The position numbers and the translations under genes are program-made. The notes under the pieces are model-generated. The model was given only the letters and a program-made list of their open reading frames with translations. It had not been told where the DNA came from and searched no databases. This document shows, piece by piece, positions 9,239-19,609 of a DNA stretch of 32,000 nucleotides. The stretch comes from Synechocystis sp. PCC 6803 substr. PCC-P (GTDB taxonomy: Bacteria > Cyanobacteriota > Cyanobacteriia > Cyanobacteriales > Microcystaceae), in contig NC_017039.1 in the NCBI RefSeq assembly GCF_000284455.1, positions 1,290,001 through 1,322,000 of the forward strand. The letters are read 5' to 3'. The first letter of the stretch is position 1; every line of letters starts with the position of its first letter.

Positions 9239-9683
9239 GGCCGATTTCTCCCAACCAATCTTCCACCTCTGACAATTGTTCAAAATCCAGCAACGCCTCC
9301 CCCAAACTTTCCAACTGAATCGTCCCCAACTGTCGAACCCGCTCCACTAGACCATTAGGCAATACTCCAAACCGCCGGGTTAAAATCCGCAAGATCAAGG
9401 GTGATTCCCCCCGTTGTTCTCCCCGCTGAAGTCCTAACTTCAGACCTCGTTCCAGTCCCTGCTGTTCGCCTTTCCGCATCGACTCTGCCACAATACTTTG
9501 GTAAACCACCGATTCCCGCATAACTCCCTCCCTAAGGTATAGGTTAATCAAAGACTTTTCAAAATTGATCCCAGCTAATAACTGAAGACAGGCAGCTACA
9601 TTATTTCGTTCAGCCCTGTCCTCGATTATATCCACTCGCCTTGCCACATTGGCTAGTAAACTGACTCCGACGGATTCTTCCAT
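9231..9683 (-). CDS. C-terminal portion of an Rpn-family (PD-(D/E)XK transposase-like) protein with DUF4351
   Basis: LILRILTRRFGVLPNGLVERVRQLGTIQLESLGEALLDF is DUF4351-like. No nuclease core upstream. Confidence 0.65.
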   Translation of the reverse strand: MEESVGVSLLANVARRVDIIEDRAERNNVAACLQLLAGINFEKSLINLYLREGVMRESVVYQSIVAESMRKGEQQGLERGLKLGLQRGEQRGESPLILRILTRRFGVLPNGLVERVRQLGTIQLESLGEALLDFEQLSEVEDWLGEIGHG

Positions 9684-9732
9684 AACTTAAGATGATTAGA
9701 GAGTTGATTTGATTTTTCCCCTCTCAAAATTT

Positions 9733-10683
9733 ATGGAAGCCAAGGAATTGGTCCAACGCTATCGCAACGGCGAAACTTTATTTACAGGGCTAAAATTACC
9801 GGGGATTAATCTAGAAGCCGCCGATTTGATCGGTATTGTGCTCAATGAAGCGGATTTACGGGGGGCTAACCTGCTTTTTTGTTACCTCAACCGGGCTAAT
9901 CTAGGTCAGGCTAATTTGGTGGCGGCGAACCTAAGTGGGGCTAGTTTAAACCAGGCAGACCTGGCCGGAGCCGATCTACGCAGTGCCAATTTTCACGGGG
10001 CCATGCTCCAGGATACGAATTTAATTGGGGCGGATCTACGGGGAGCGGATTTAAGTGGTGCTACCCTCACCGGGGCCTGTTTGCGGGGAGCTAATATGCG
10101 TCAGGAAAAAAAGGGCTACTACACCAATCTCCAGGCCGCTATCCTCGGTCGGGCAGACCTCCAGGGGGCCAACATGAAGGGGGTAGATTTAAGCCGGGCA
10201 GATTTAAGCTACGCTAACTTGAAGGAGGCTAATCTGCGAGATGTGGATTTGCGTAAGGCAGACCTGAGCTACGCCAACTTAAAAGGGGCCCTGCTAACTG
10301 ACGCTAACTTGTCGGGGGCAAAGTTAAATGGTGCCGATTTACAAAATGCCAATTTGATGCGAGCGAAGATTTCTGAGGCAGAAATGACGGCAGTGAATTG
10401 CCAGGGGGCCATTATGACCCATGTCAACCTGAATCGGACCAATCTCACGGGGTCCAATTTGAGCTTCACCCGCATGAACAGTGCCGACCTGAGTCGGGCC
10501 AACTTGACTAAAGCTAACCTACAGGAAGCAGAGCTGATTGAAGCATTTTTTGCCAGGGCCAATTTGACGGAGGCCAACTTCATCAATGCCAACTTGGTGC
10601 GGGCGGATCTAATGAGTGCCAATATGGTGGGGGCAGATTTTCAAGGGGCGACTATGCCGGATGGGCAAGTGCGTCACCACTAG
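9733..10683 (+). CDS. Pentapeptide repeat protein
   Basis: Long series of A(D/N)LXX repeats. ORF track starts at 9709; ATG at 9733 (MEAKELV) is likely. Confidence 0.92.
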   Translation: MEAKELVQRYRNGETLFTGLKLPGINLEAADLIGIVLNEADLRGANLLFCYLNRANLGQANLVAANLSGASLNQADLAGADLRSANFHGAMLQDTNLIGADLRGADLSGATLTGACLRGANMRQEKKGYYTNLQAAILGRADLQGANMKGVDLSRADLSYANLKEANLRDVDLRKADLSYANLKGALLTDANLSGAKLNGADLQNANLMRAKISEAEMTAVNCQGAIMTHVNLNRTNLTGSNLSFTRMNSADLSRANLTKANLQEAELIEAFFARANLTEANFINANLVRADLMSANMVGADFQGATMPDGQVRHH

Positions 10684-10697
10684 AAATTTTACGGTAT

Positions 10698-11807
10698 CTA
10701 TAACCAACCTTTGAGGCGGCGGGCCACTTGGGGACGACGGAGTTTCCGCATGGCTTTGCTTTGGATTTGTCTAACCCTTTCCCGGGAAAGATTAAACATA
10801 TTGCCCACTTCCTCAAGGGTGTAACTTTGGTGGCTGGCAATGCCGTAGCGCAGACAAATCACTTCCATTTCCCGTTCCGTTAGTACCTCGGCCAATACTT
10901 CGACAATTTCCCGCCGCAACATGGATTCATTCATCAAATCCTCCGGCAACTGCAGTTGTTGATCTTCTAGTAGATCTACCAACTCGGTGTCTTCCCCTTT
11001 GCCTACCCGATGGTTTAAGGACAGGGACTGACGACGCAATTGCAGTAATTGTCTTAGTTGGGCAGGGGTAATGTCCAAAGCAGCGGCCAATTCCCCTTCG
11101 TTGGGATTGCGCTTCAATTCCTGCTTGAGACTGCGTTGGGCTTTCTTGATTTTGTTGAGCTTTTCCACCACATGGATGGGCAAACGAATGGTGCGAGCGT
11201 CATTGGCAATGGTGCGGGTGATGGCCTGGCGGATCCACCAGTAGGCATAGGTGGAAAATTTATAACCTTTATCGGGATCAAACTTTTCTGCGGCTCGGTT
11301 GAGACCGATCGCCCCTTCTTGGATCAGGTCGAGGAAGGGAACACCACGGTTGAGGTAACGCTTGGCAATGGAAACCACTAGGCGGAGATTGGAGCGGATC
11401 ATCCGTCGTTTGGCAGCCCGCAGTTGATAAAGCCAAATCTCAAATTGTCTGACCTGGGGAAATTCTAGGGCTTGCCCCCACTCCTGGAGGGAAGGCGTTC
11501 GTTCCAGTTGTTGGGTGAGTTGTTGTCTAACATCTTCTGCGCTGACCAACAATCGGATTTGTCTAGCCAATTCCACTTCTTCGGCGGCACTCAGGAGGGG
11601 ATAGCGGGCCATTTCTTTAAAAAAAGCCCCCACAGTGTCTTCACTTACTGCTTTATTAAAACTTCCTTGTTGGCCATCTCCCAGGGTGACTTCGATCGCC
11701 GGAGGGTCATCATTGGCGATCGCCTGGCCATCAGCGAGGCCATCCAAAGCCTGCCATTGGTCAACGGCACTGGTGTTGGGGGTGGAGAGGGAAGACATAT
11801 CGCTCAT
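10698..11807 (-). CDS. sigE: Group 2 RNA polymerase sigma-70 factor SigE
   Basis: Regions 2 and 4: RLVVSIAKRYLNRGVPFLDLIQEGAIGLNRAAEKFDPDKGYKFSTYAYWWIRQAI and EEVGNMFNLSRERVRQIQSKAMRKLRR. SigE assignment rests on recalled gene context. Confidence 0.88.
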   Translation of the reverse strand: MSDMSSLSTPNTSAVDQWQALDGLADGQAIANDDPPAIEVTLGDGQQGSFNKAVSEDTVGAFFKEMARYPLLSAAEEVELARQIRLLVSAEDVRQQLTQQLERTPSLQEWGQALEFPQVRQFEIWLYQLRAAKRRMIRSNLRLVVSIAKRYLNRGVPFLDLIQEGAIGLNRAAEKFDPDKGYKFSTYAYWWIRQAITRTIANDARTIRLPIHVVEKLNKIKKAQRSLKQELKRNPNEGELAAALDITPAQLRQLLQLRRQSLSLNHRVGKGEDTELVDLLEDQQLQLPEDLMNESMLRREIVEVLAEVLTEREMEVICLRYGIASHQSYTLEEVGNMFNLSRERVRQIQSKAMRKLRRPQVARRLKGWL

Positions 11808-12076
11808 AGGTTGAAAAAACTAAACGGAAACAATCGAGAAAGGAAAAGATGTGGCAACAACAAGGCCACCCAAGGAAACAGAAAACAACCAGAAATTATC
11901 CAATCGGCCAGAGCATCATCCAGATAGACCACCCCAACGGTTAAGGCTCTCCACTTTCAGCTATGCGCACTGCGGTAGTGGTGTTCCAGAACCAGATACC
12001 AGTCCCCGTGGCTAGATTGTGTCATTGATTTTCCAAAAATGGCAAAACTTTAGTTTTTTTTAATATCTATCTGTCC

Positions 12077-12117
12077 AAAATATCGTTAAATTTTCACGGC
12101 AGTGTAATTCGTGATAC
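12077..12117 (-). promoter_or_regulatory. Predicted NtcA-activated promoter for sigE (GTA-N8-TAC, 21-nt gap, TATTTT)
   Basis: Minus strand: GTATCACGAATTAC ending at 12104, then TATTTT at 12082-12077 (TAN3T). Confidence 0.75.
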
Positions 12118-12321
12118 AAACTTGATTTGATCGCCATTTTTGTCAGCTTTCCTTAATTTCAAGGCGATCAACGTTAAAATTGCCAAAAAAATCCGCCCTG
12201 GTGAAACCACAGCGGACAATTTCCTAAAAGGAATGATTAATGAAAATTAGTGGGAAAAATACGGCAGTTAACCAATTAAATCCAATCAAATCAGTCAATA
12301 ACCCTAGTTTCCTGCTGAAAT

Positions 12322-13623
12322 CTAGACCAAAACCTGTTGCCATTCCAAGCGTTCCAACGTGCGGGAGCGCTCCAGGGCCCGCTCAAAGCTATCCAGGTTG
12401 GCATCGATGGTGAGGGGTTCTCCCACATGGCTTTGTACCGCTTCCTGGGTTTTTAAACCATTACCAGTGATGTAGACCACCGTAGTTTCTTCGGGATCAA
12501 TTTTGCCCGCTTCCACTAGTTTTTTCAGCACTGCAACGGTGGTGCCCCCAGCGGTTTCGGTAAAGATGCCTTCGGTTTCCGCCAACAGCTTGATCCCTTC
12601 GATAATTTCGGCATCGTTGACGCTTTCAATGTTGCCATTGGTTTTGCGGGCAATGTCCAGGGCATAAACTCCGTCAGCGGGGTTGCCGATGGCAATGGAT
12701 TTAGCAATGGTGTTGGGTTTGACTGGCTTAACAAAGTCCCGGCCCTCTTGGAAAGCAGTGGCGATGGGGGAACAACCCTCTGCTTGGGCACCACTGAAAC
12801 GCACTGGCTTATCATCCACCAAACCGACTTTGATAAATTCTTGGAAGCCCTTGTGGATTTTGGTGAACAGGGAACCGGAAGCGAGGGGAGCCACAATGTG
12901 GTCGGGCAATTTCCAACCCAATTGTTCCGCCACCTCAAAGCCCAGGGTTTTGGAGCCTTCGGAGTAGTAGGGGCGCAGGTTAATGTTCACGAAACCCCAG
13001 CCGTAGCTGTTGCCCACTTCACAGCAGAGACGATTGACCTGGTCATAGTTGCCTTTCACTGCCATTAGGGTGGGATTGTAAATCAAGGTCCCCAATACTT
13101 TGCCTGCTTCCAAATCCGCCGGGATAAACACACAGCAGTCCAAACCGGCATGGGCGGCGATCGCCGCAGTGGAGTTGGCCAAATTACCGGTGCTGGCGCA
13201 GGAAACGGTGGTGAAGCCCAATTCCCGGGCCCTGGTCAGAGCAACGGACACCACCCGGTCCTTGAAGCTCAAGGTGGGCATATTAACCGCATCGTTTTTA
13301 ATGTAGAGATTTTTCAGCCCCAGGCGGCGGGCTAAACGATGGGATTTAACCAAGGGGGTCATGCCAGTGCCCACATCAATTACATCTTTACCAGTGACGG
13401 GCAGAAAGGCGCGGTAACGCCAAATGGAATTAGGACCCGCTTCAATGGTTTCCCTCGTAACGTGGCGGCGGATTAAATCGTAGTCGTAGGCCACTTCCAG
13501 AGGAGCAAAGGTTTCCTCACAGATGTGTAGTGCTTTGAGGGGATATTCGGTATTGCCTTCCTTGGAAACCAGTTTGGTACAAGCGGAAATAAATTCTGGA
13601 GCCGTGGTGGTGGCGGTGGTCAT
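12322..13623 (-). CDS. thrC: Threonine synthase
   Basis: PLP-enzyme segments NDAVNMPTLSFKDR, SCASTGNLANSTAAIAAHAGLDCCVFIP, GCSPIATAF. Confidence 0.9.
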   Translation of the reverse strand: MTTATTTAPEFISACTKLVSKEGNTEYPLKALHICEETFAPLEVAYDYDLIRRHVTRETIEAGPNSIWRYRAFLPVTGKDVIDVGTGMTPLVKSHRLARRLGLKNLYIKNDAVNMPTLSFKDRVVSVALTRARELGFTTVSCASTGNLANSTAAIAAHAGLDCCVFIPADLEAGKVLGTLIYNPTLMAVKGNYDQVNRLCCEVGNSYGWGFVNINLRPYYSEGSKTLGFEVAEQLGWKLPDHIVAPLASGSLFTKIHKGFQEFIKVGLVDDKPVRFSGAQAEGCSPIATAFQEGRDFVKPVKPNTIAKSIAIGNPADGVYALDIARKTNGNIESVNDAEIIEGIKLLAETEGIFTETAGGTTVAVLKKLVEAGKIDPEETTVVYITGNGLKTQEAVQSHVGEPLTIDANLDSFERALERSRTLERLEWQQVLV

Positions 13624-13997
13624 GGGGCAAAGTCCTAAATTTCATTAATCTTTCGGCATGCTAACACGGGGCAAAATGGGCGTCAATTAATCCCGACTAA
13701 TTTTATCGGGTTTAGTTTTCTTGCACCAAAATGACCTTTTTTTACCCAGCATTGATGGGAAGACTCGGCAGGGAGCGAGCTAAAATAGGTCGGTTTTCCC
13801 CAAGGGAATTAAGCCCCGTAACTTTGGTTGGTTCCTAGACAACGGTTTGTTAAATGGGGTGTTTCTTCCCCACTGAACCCCCGAAAACCCTAGTGAGGCT
13901 GGGCAATTTTGAGCCTATGACCACTAAATAATGGGGCGACGAGCTTGGCAAACACACTCTAAAAACCCAGAGAAATTCGAGAAAATTCGAGAAATTA

Positions 13998-15470
13998 ATG
14001 AAACTAACTTGGTTGAATTCCTCGCGTCGGTTGATCTCGGTCATCATTTACTTGACCATTTTCATTCGGGTTTTGACCCTTGGCCTCTACGCTGTGGCGG
14101 ACAGAACTGAAGCCCGCTACGCAGAAATTGGCCGCAAAATGGCAGAAACCGGCGACTGGATTACTCCCCAAATCGACTACGGTGTACCTTTTTGGGGTAA
14201 ACCCCCCCTGTCTACCTGGTTGACGGCGGCATCATTTAAGGTTTTTAGTGTTAACGAATTTGCGGCTAGATTATCTTCTTTTATTCCCATTTTATTAGCC
14301 AGTTACTTGGTTTATTTATTGGCAAAAAATAAGGGAATTAACTACGCCTTAGTTAGCACCATGATCTTGATTACTACCCTGGGCTTCTTTGTCAGCAGTG
14401 GGGCAGTAATGACAGATCCAGCTTTGGTGTTGGGGACTACCCTATCTATGGTCGGTTTTTGGCAAGCTTACCGGGGTGAATCTAATGCAGGGCGTCTCTG
14501 GGGATATCTATTTTTTGTTGGGCTGGCGATCGGTTTATTAGCCAAGGGGCCCATTGGAGTTGTATTAGTTTTTCTCCCCCTATTTATTTGGATAATTTGG
14601 CAGAGAAATTTGCCCAGGGTTTGGAGACAATTACCTTGGATTCAAGGTATTTTATTGACGGCATTAATAGCAGTGCCATGGTATCTTTTGGCGGAAGCTA
14701 AAACCCCCGGTTTTTTGGATTATTTCATTGTCGGAGAACATTGGAAGCGCTTTGTGGAAAAGGGTTGGGAGGGAGATTTATACGGCAGTGGCCACGCCCA
14801 TCCCTACGGCATGATCTGGGTGTATTGGTTGCTAGCGGCATTTCCCTGGTCATTGCTAACGTTGGGATTAGTAGGCAAGATTTTTTGGCAAATTAAAGTC
14901 AAACAAACTAAGCTGACTTTACCAACATTAGACTCGGAATGGCTTAGTTATTTGCTGTTGTGGACTGTGGCCCCAATGGTTTTCTTTACCCCCTCGGCCA
15001 ATATTTTATGGACTTATGTTTTACCAGGCTTACCGGCATTTGCTTTGCTGTTGACGGAATTATTATTCATGGTTTGGCACGATCAGCCAGTCAATAAATA
15101 TCTCATTGCTCCTGGTCTATTAATTCCTTTAGTATTTCTCTTTGCTTTACCAATAGTCATAAATGTAGCTAATAATAATTCGCAGAAATATGTCGTCGAA
15201 CAATATCAACAATCCTGTAGGGAATCGGTACAGGAACCTAACTGTCAGTTGTTTTATGTGTTTAATCGACCCTACTCGGCGGAATTTTATTCTTCTGGTA
15301 AAGCAAAAAAAGTGGAAATGCACGAAATAGCCGCTGTTCTCAACAATAATAACCGCAATTATTTTGTTATTCGCACTGATGCGATTAAAGAGTTTCCTCC
15401 AGAAATTGCATCAAAATTAAATCAAGTGACTCAATACAGTGCCTATACCCTTTTTTCCCAGACTAATTGA
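13998..15470 (+). CDS. ArnT/PMT-like membrane glycosyltransferase
   Basis: RTEARYAEIGRKMAETGDWITPQIDYGVPFWGKPPLSTWL plus many hydrophobic helices. Confidence 0.85.
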   Translation: MKLTWLNSSRRLISVIIYLTIFIRVLTLGLYAVADRTEARYAEIGRKMAETGDWITPQIDYGVPFWGKPPLSTWLTAASFKVFSVNEFAARLSSFIPILLASYLVYLLAKNKGINYALVSTMILITTLGFFVSSGAVMTDPALVLGTTLSMVGFWQAYRGESNAGRLWGYLFFVGLAIGLLAKGPIGVVLVFLPLFIWIIWQRNLPRVWRQLPWIQGILLTALIAVPWYLLAEAKTPGFLDYFIVGEHWKRFVEKGWEGDLYGSGHAHPYGMIWVYWLLAAFPWSLLTLGLVGKIFWQIKVKQTKLTLPTLDSEWLSYLLLWTVAPMVFFTPSANILWTYVLPGLPAFALLLTELLFMVWHDQPVNKYLIAPGLLIPLVFLFALPIVINVANNNSQKYVVEQYQQSCRESVQEPNCQLFYVFNRPYSAEFYSSGKAKKVEMHEIAAVLNNNNRNYFVIRTDAIKEFPPEIASKLNQVTQYSAYTLFSQTN

Positions 15471-18291
15471 CTGGAAAAACCTCATCCGCCATCACAACTC
15501 GATTACGGCCGGCGGCCTTGGCTTGATAGAGAGCCCTATCTGCGGCTTGGATAATGTTGACCATGGTTTCTCCATGGTTGGGATAACAGGCTACCCCTAG
15601 GGAAACGGTCAATGTGCCCAATTCCTTTCCTTTGTATTCCACTTCCATGGAGGCGATCGCCTGACGGAGGGATTCAGCCTTGACTAGGGTATCTTCCAGG
15701 GAGGTTTGGGGCAAAACAATGGTCATTTCTTCCCCACCATACCGACAAGCAATGTCAGAACCGCGAATATTGCTTTGCAGAATGCGCCCAATGGTTTTCA
15801 GTACGTGGTCGCCGGCATCGTGCCCCAGTTGGTCATTGAATTGCTTGAAATGGTCAATGTCTCCCATAATTACCCCAATGGAATGGTTATAGCGCTTGGC
15901 CCGGCCAATCTCTTGTAAGAAAAATTGTTCTAAATAACGACGGTTAAATAACCCCGTGAGGGGGTCCCGGATACTCTGATTTTCCAACCTTTCCCGCAAT
16001 TTAATATTGGCGATCGCCAGACTGACCTGTTCCGCCACCGCCTTGGCTAACTGTTGTTGGTCAGAACTAATTACCCCAGCCCGATCACTGCAAAGATTAA
16101 GCAAACCAAGGGTTTCCCCCTGGGCGATGAGGGGAATGCAAAGACTTTCTTGGGGCAAACATTCCGGATTGAGGTGGCTACATAACAAATCGTGCTGTTG
16201 CACCCCGACCAAATGGGGCTGTCCCAGGCGCAGAGCCCAGCAATCTGTGCCATTGAATAATGGTTCGGAGCAGGCTAAATTTCCCCAAGTTTTGACCTGT
16301 TCAAAATAGTTGGCAGTGGAGTCAAAAATAGAAATCGTGCCAGCAATGTTGGGAAACAACGGGGGAGCCAAGGCCGCCAAGCTAGCACAGGCATCGGCCA
16401 CCACCACACAGGATTGCAAATATTGATTCAGGGTGGAAAGCAATTCCATCTCTTGATTGCGCCGTTTTAACTCCTCCAACCGTTGCGCTAACTGTTCATT
16501 GACCCGATTGACCTGTTCTTGACTTTCCGCCAAAGCTTGGGTGCGTTCTAAAACCCTTTGTTCCAATTTGGCATTGAGTTTTTCTAACTCCGCTTCTATT
16601 CTGTCCCGTTGATACAGGGCTTTTTTCTGTTCCTCCATGGGCACCACCACGCAGATGGTTAAATCCGGTTCCCCTTCAAAGGGGGATGCTCCCATCAAAA
16701 TGGGAACGCGGCGGCCATTTTTGTGGTAGTACTCTTTTTCCCAGGGTTTTGTGAAACCATATATCCGTAGATTTTCGATGGCTTCCAAGTCTTGGCTTTT
16801 ATATTCTGGGGGCGTAATCTGATCCCAACGCATTAAACCGGCTTCCAGTTCTTTTCTGGTGTAGCCGAGCATTTTCAAGAGGCAATCATTAGCTTCAGTA
16901 ATTTGGCCATTGATATTGGCAAACATCATGCCGACAACAGCGGACTCAAACACTTTACGAAAGCGAGATTCACTATCCTGAAGGGCGGTTTCGACACTTT
17001 TTTGCTCAGTAACATCCATGGCCACCCCATGGAGACCAATCATTTCTCCCGCCCCATTGACCAGAGCTTCAATTTTTGCCCAGAGCCAGCCCTGACTGCC
17101 GTCCTGGCGGAAAAAACGGTAAACCAAATCCTGGGAATTTTGGCTTTCCAGAACCGATTGCACCACTTCGTCATGGCGTTGGCGATCGCCGGGGTGAATG
17201 GATGCGGTTAATTCTTCATAGCTGGGGGGATGTTCCAGACCAAACATGCGTAAAATCTCTTCCGACCACTGAATTTCCCCGGAGCCCGACAAAAATTTCC
17301 AGGTGCCCAATTTGGCTAAGCTTTGGGCTTCCGATAGTTCTGCTTCCCGTTGCCGTAGTTGCTCCTCTGCTAATTTTCGGGAAGTAATATCTATACCCGA
17401 TCCAAGTATTTCTAGAAGATTGCCTTGGCTGTCAAAAATAGGTTCATTAGTCCAAGCGACCCAAACCCGATCGCCGTTTTTGCGGACATTTTCATTTTCG
17501 TTATATTTATAATTCTCAGGATTACGGCAAATATCTGCCACCATTGCCTCCAGATTTTGACCGGAGCTGCTGGTCCTAGGCACGATGGTATCGAACACCG
17601 ACTTGCCCACCATTTCCTCTTTGCTAAAACCAAAAAAGTTGTGGCAATATTCGTTCGCGAAGGTGATTTCCCCCGTCGGTAACCAGCGCACAATAATCGT
17701 GTTAATCGACTCCACTAAACTGCGATATTTTTCTTCACTTTCTTCAATAGCTTGGCGAGCTTCATAACGTTCAGTAATGTCAATACAAGAACCGATATAA
17801 CCCAAAAACTCTCCGTCTGGAGCAAGCCGAGGTACGCCATTGTCTAATAACCAACGGTATTCTCCCCCTCGATTCCGCAGGCGATATTCCATCGTAAACG
17901 GTTGCCGGGCATCAAAAGCTTCAACGTAGGTTTGCCAACAACGATCAAAATCGTCGGGATGAACCCCTTCAGCCCAACCATTGCCCTGCTCTTGTTCCAG
18001 AGTGCGACCAGTAAAATTGAGCCAAGGTTGATTAAAATAAAAACAGCCTTTGTCTAAGCCAGCAATCCAGATCAAAACCGGGGCGTGGTTGGCAAGGTAA
18101 TTAAACATTTCTTCCCCTTCTTGAAGGATAGCCTCTAGAAATTTGCCGACATCCTCACCACTGTTAATATGTGATGCCTCTGAGAGAAAAGCAGAACGAA
18201 GAAAGGTCTGGAGTTTTAGGTTAGCAACGACTTCCTTTGAAGTTTCCAGTTTTGCTATTACCTTGCCAATATCTTGGTGCTCATCGCCCAT
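15463..18291 (-). CDS. Multi-PAS/PAC, GAF and GGDEF-type domain sensor protein
   Basis: PAS/PAC segments, GAF-like segment, then DPLTGLFNRRYLEQF...RGSDIACRYGGEEMTIVLP. ORF track starts at 18375; ATG at 18291 (MGDEHQD) is plausible. Confidence 0.88.
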   Translation of the reverse strand: MGDEHQDIGKVIAKLETSKEVVANLKLQTFLRSAFLSEASHINSGEDVGKFLEAILQEGEEMFNYLANHAPVLIWIAGLDKGCFYFNQPWLNFTGRTLEQEQGNGWAEGVHPDDFDRCWQTYVEAFDARQPFTMEYRLRNRGGEYRWLLDNGVPRLAPDGEFLGYIGSCIDITERYEARQAIEESEEKYRSLVESINTIIVRWLPTGEITFANEYCHNFFGFSKEEMVGKSVFDTIVPRTSSSGQNLEAMVADICRNPENYKYNENENVRKNGDRVWVAWTNEPIFDSQGNLLEILGSGIDITSRKLAEEQLRQREAELSEAQSLAKLGTWKFLSGSGEIQWSEEILRMFGLEHPPSYEELTASIHPGDRQRHDEVVQSVLESQNSQDLVYRFFRQDGSQGWLWAKIEALVNGAGEMIGLHGVAMDVTEQKSVETALQDSESRFRKVFESAVVGMMFANINGQITEANDCLLKMLGYTRKELEAGLMRWDQITPPEYKSQDLEAIENLRIYGFTKPWEKEYYHKNGRRVPILMGASPFEGEPDLTICVVVPMEEQKKALYQRDRIEAELEKLNAKLEQRVLERTQALAESQEQVNRVNEQLAQRLEELKRRNQEMELLSTLNQYLQSCVVVADACASLAALAPPLFPNIAGTISIFDSTANYFEQVKTWGNLACSEPLFNGTDCWALRLGQPHLVGVQQHDLLCSHLNPECLPQESLCIPLIAQGETLGLLNLCSDRAGVISSDQQQLAKAVAEQVSLAIANIKLRERLENQSIRDPLTGLFNRRYLEQFFLQEIGRAKRYNHSIGVIMGDIDHFKQFNDQLGHDAGDHVLKTIGRILQSNIRGSDIACRYGGEEMTIVLPQTSLEDTLVKAESLRQAIASMEVEYKGKELGTLTVSLGVACYPNHGETMVNIIQAADRALYQAKAAGRNRVVMADEVFPVN

Positions 18292-18508
18292 ATAATTCTG
18301 AGAGCCGCCATTGACTAACGGATAGAGTTGATATTGATAACTGTGTAATCTGGAATTTTTGTCAGATACCCTCACCTTCTTCAGGTTAACAGAAACTTAG
18401 GGGTTTGCATGGGCCAGGGAACACGGTCTGGCGGCCGTTGGGTTAAAATCGGGGGAATTACACGTTCGGCGGGATTTCGTCCCCAGTTTTTTCCTATTTG
18501 AGAAATTT

Positions 18509-19609
18509 ATGTCAGTTTTAGCGGCGTTGGCGGCGATCGGAGTACTTGCAGTACTAATTGCTGTGCATGAGTTGGGCCACTTTGCGGCCGCCCGTTTACA
18601 GGGCATCCATGTCACTCGCTTTGCCTTAGGATTTGGGCCACCGCTGTTGAAATACCAAGGTGCCGAAACGGAATATTCCATCCGGGCTATTCCCCTGGGG
18701 GGCTACGTGGCGTTCCCCGACGATGATCCAGACAGTGAGATCCCTGCCGACGATCCTAACTTACTAAAAAATCGCCCCATCCTCGACCGGGCCATTGTGA
18801 TTAGTGCTGGGGTAATTGCCAATTTAGTTTTTGCTTACTTTCTCCTGATTGGTCAAGTTAGCACCATCGGTTTCCAGAATATTCAACCTGGTTTGGTTAT
18901 TCCCCAAGTGGACAGTGCCTCCGCCGCCCAGGTGGCTGGGATGGAGCCAGGGGATATTGTACTCTCCCTCCAGGGCAACACTCTACCCGGTTTTCCCGAT
19001 GCCACCACCCAGTTTATCGACATTGTGCGGCGATCGCCGTCGGTGCCTATCACAGTAGAAGTGCAACGGGGGGAAGAAACTAAAACCTTGACCATTACCC
19101 CCACCCCAGATGCGGAAGGTAAAGGAAAAATTGGCGTTGCTCTGCTACCCAACGTGGAAACCAAACGGGCTAGCAATCCCCTGGAAGCTTTAACCTACAG
19201 CGCCGAGGCTTTTGAACGCATTGTGAAACTAACGACCCAGGGCTTTTGGCAATTAATCAGTAACTTTGCCGACAATGCTTCCCAGGTGGCGGGGCCAGTG
19301 AAAATTGTTGAGTATGGTGCTAACATTGCCCGCTCCGATGCCAGTAACCTGTTCCAATTTGGAGCGCTGATTAGCATTAACCTCGCTGTGATTAATATTC
19401 TGCCCCTACCTGCTTTGGATGGTGGGCAATTGGTGTTCCTGCTCATCGAAGGACTCCTGGGCAAACCCCTACCGGAAAAATTTCAGATGGGCGTAATGCA
19501 AACGGGGTTGGTGCTTCTGCTGAGCTTAGGGGTATTTTTAATTGTGCGGGATACCCTCAATTTGACCTTTGTGCAGGAGTTTTTGCCTTCCTTTACGGGC
19601 TATGAGTAG
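18509..19609 (+). CDS. Site-2 protease family (RseP/M50) intramembrane zinc metalloprotease with PDZ domain
   Basis: AVHELGHFAAA, PDZ-like PGLVIPQVDSASAAQVAGMEPGDIVLSLQG, INILPLPALDGG. Confidence 0.92.
   Translation: MSVLAALAAIGVLAVLIAVHELGHFAAARLQGIHVTRFALGFGPPLLKYQGAETEYSIRAIPLGGYVAFPDDDPDSEIPADDPNLLKNRPILDRAIVISAGVIANLVFAYFLLIGQVSTIGFQNIQPGLVIPQVDSASAAQVAGMEPGDIVLSLQGNTLPGFPDATTQFIDIVRRSPSVPITVEVQRGEETKTLTITPTPDAEGKGKIGVALLPNVETKRASNPLEALTYSAEAFERIVKLTTQGFWQLISNFADNASQVAGPVKIVEYGANIARSDASNLFQFGALISINLAVINILPLPALDGGQLVFLLIEGLLGKPLPEKFQMGVMQTGLVLLLSLGVFLIVRDTLNLTFVQEFLPSFTGYE

Noticed and set aside
10269-10622. 117-aa ORF opposite the pentapeptide gene
   Set aside because: Periodic sequence is the reverse complement of the pentapeptide repeats, so an artefact.
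9733-10683. CRISPR-like or tandem DNA repeat appearance in the pentapeptide gene
   Set aside because: Degenerate 15-nt periodicity is explained by pentapeptide coding; no spacers or conserved direct repeats.
12240-12420. Possible small ORF MKISGKNTAVNQLN...
   Set aside because: Runs into antisense thrC sequence, with no convincing RBS or composition.
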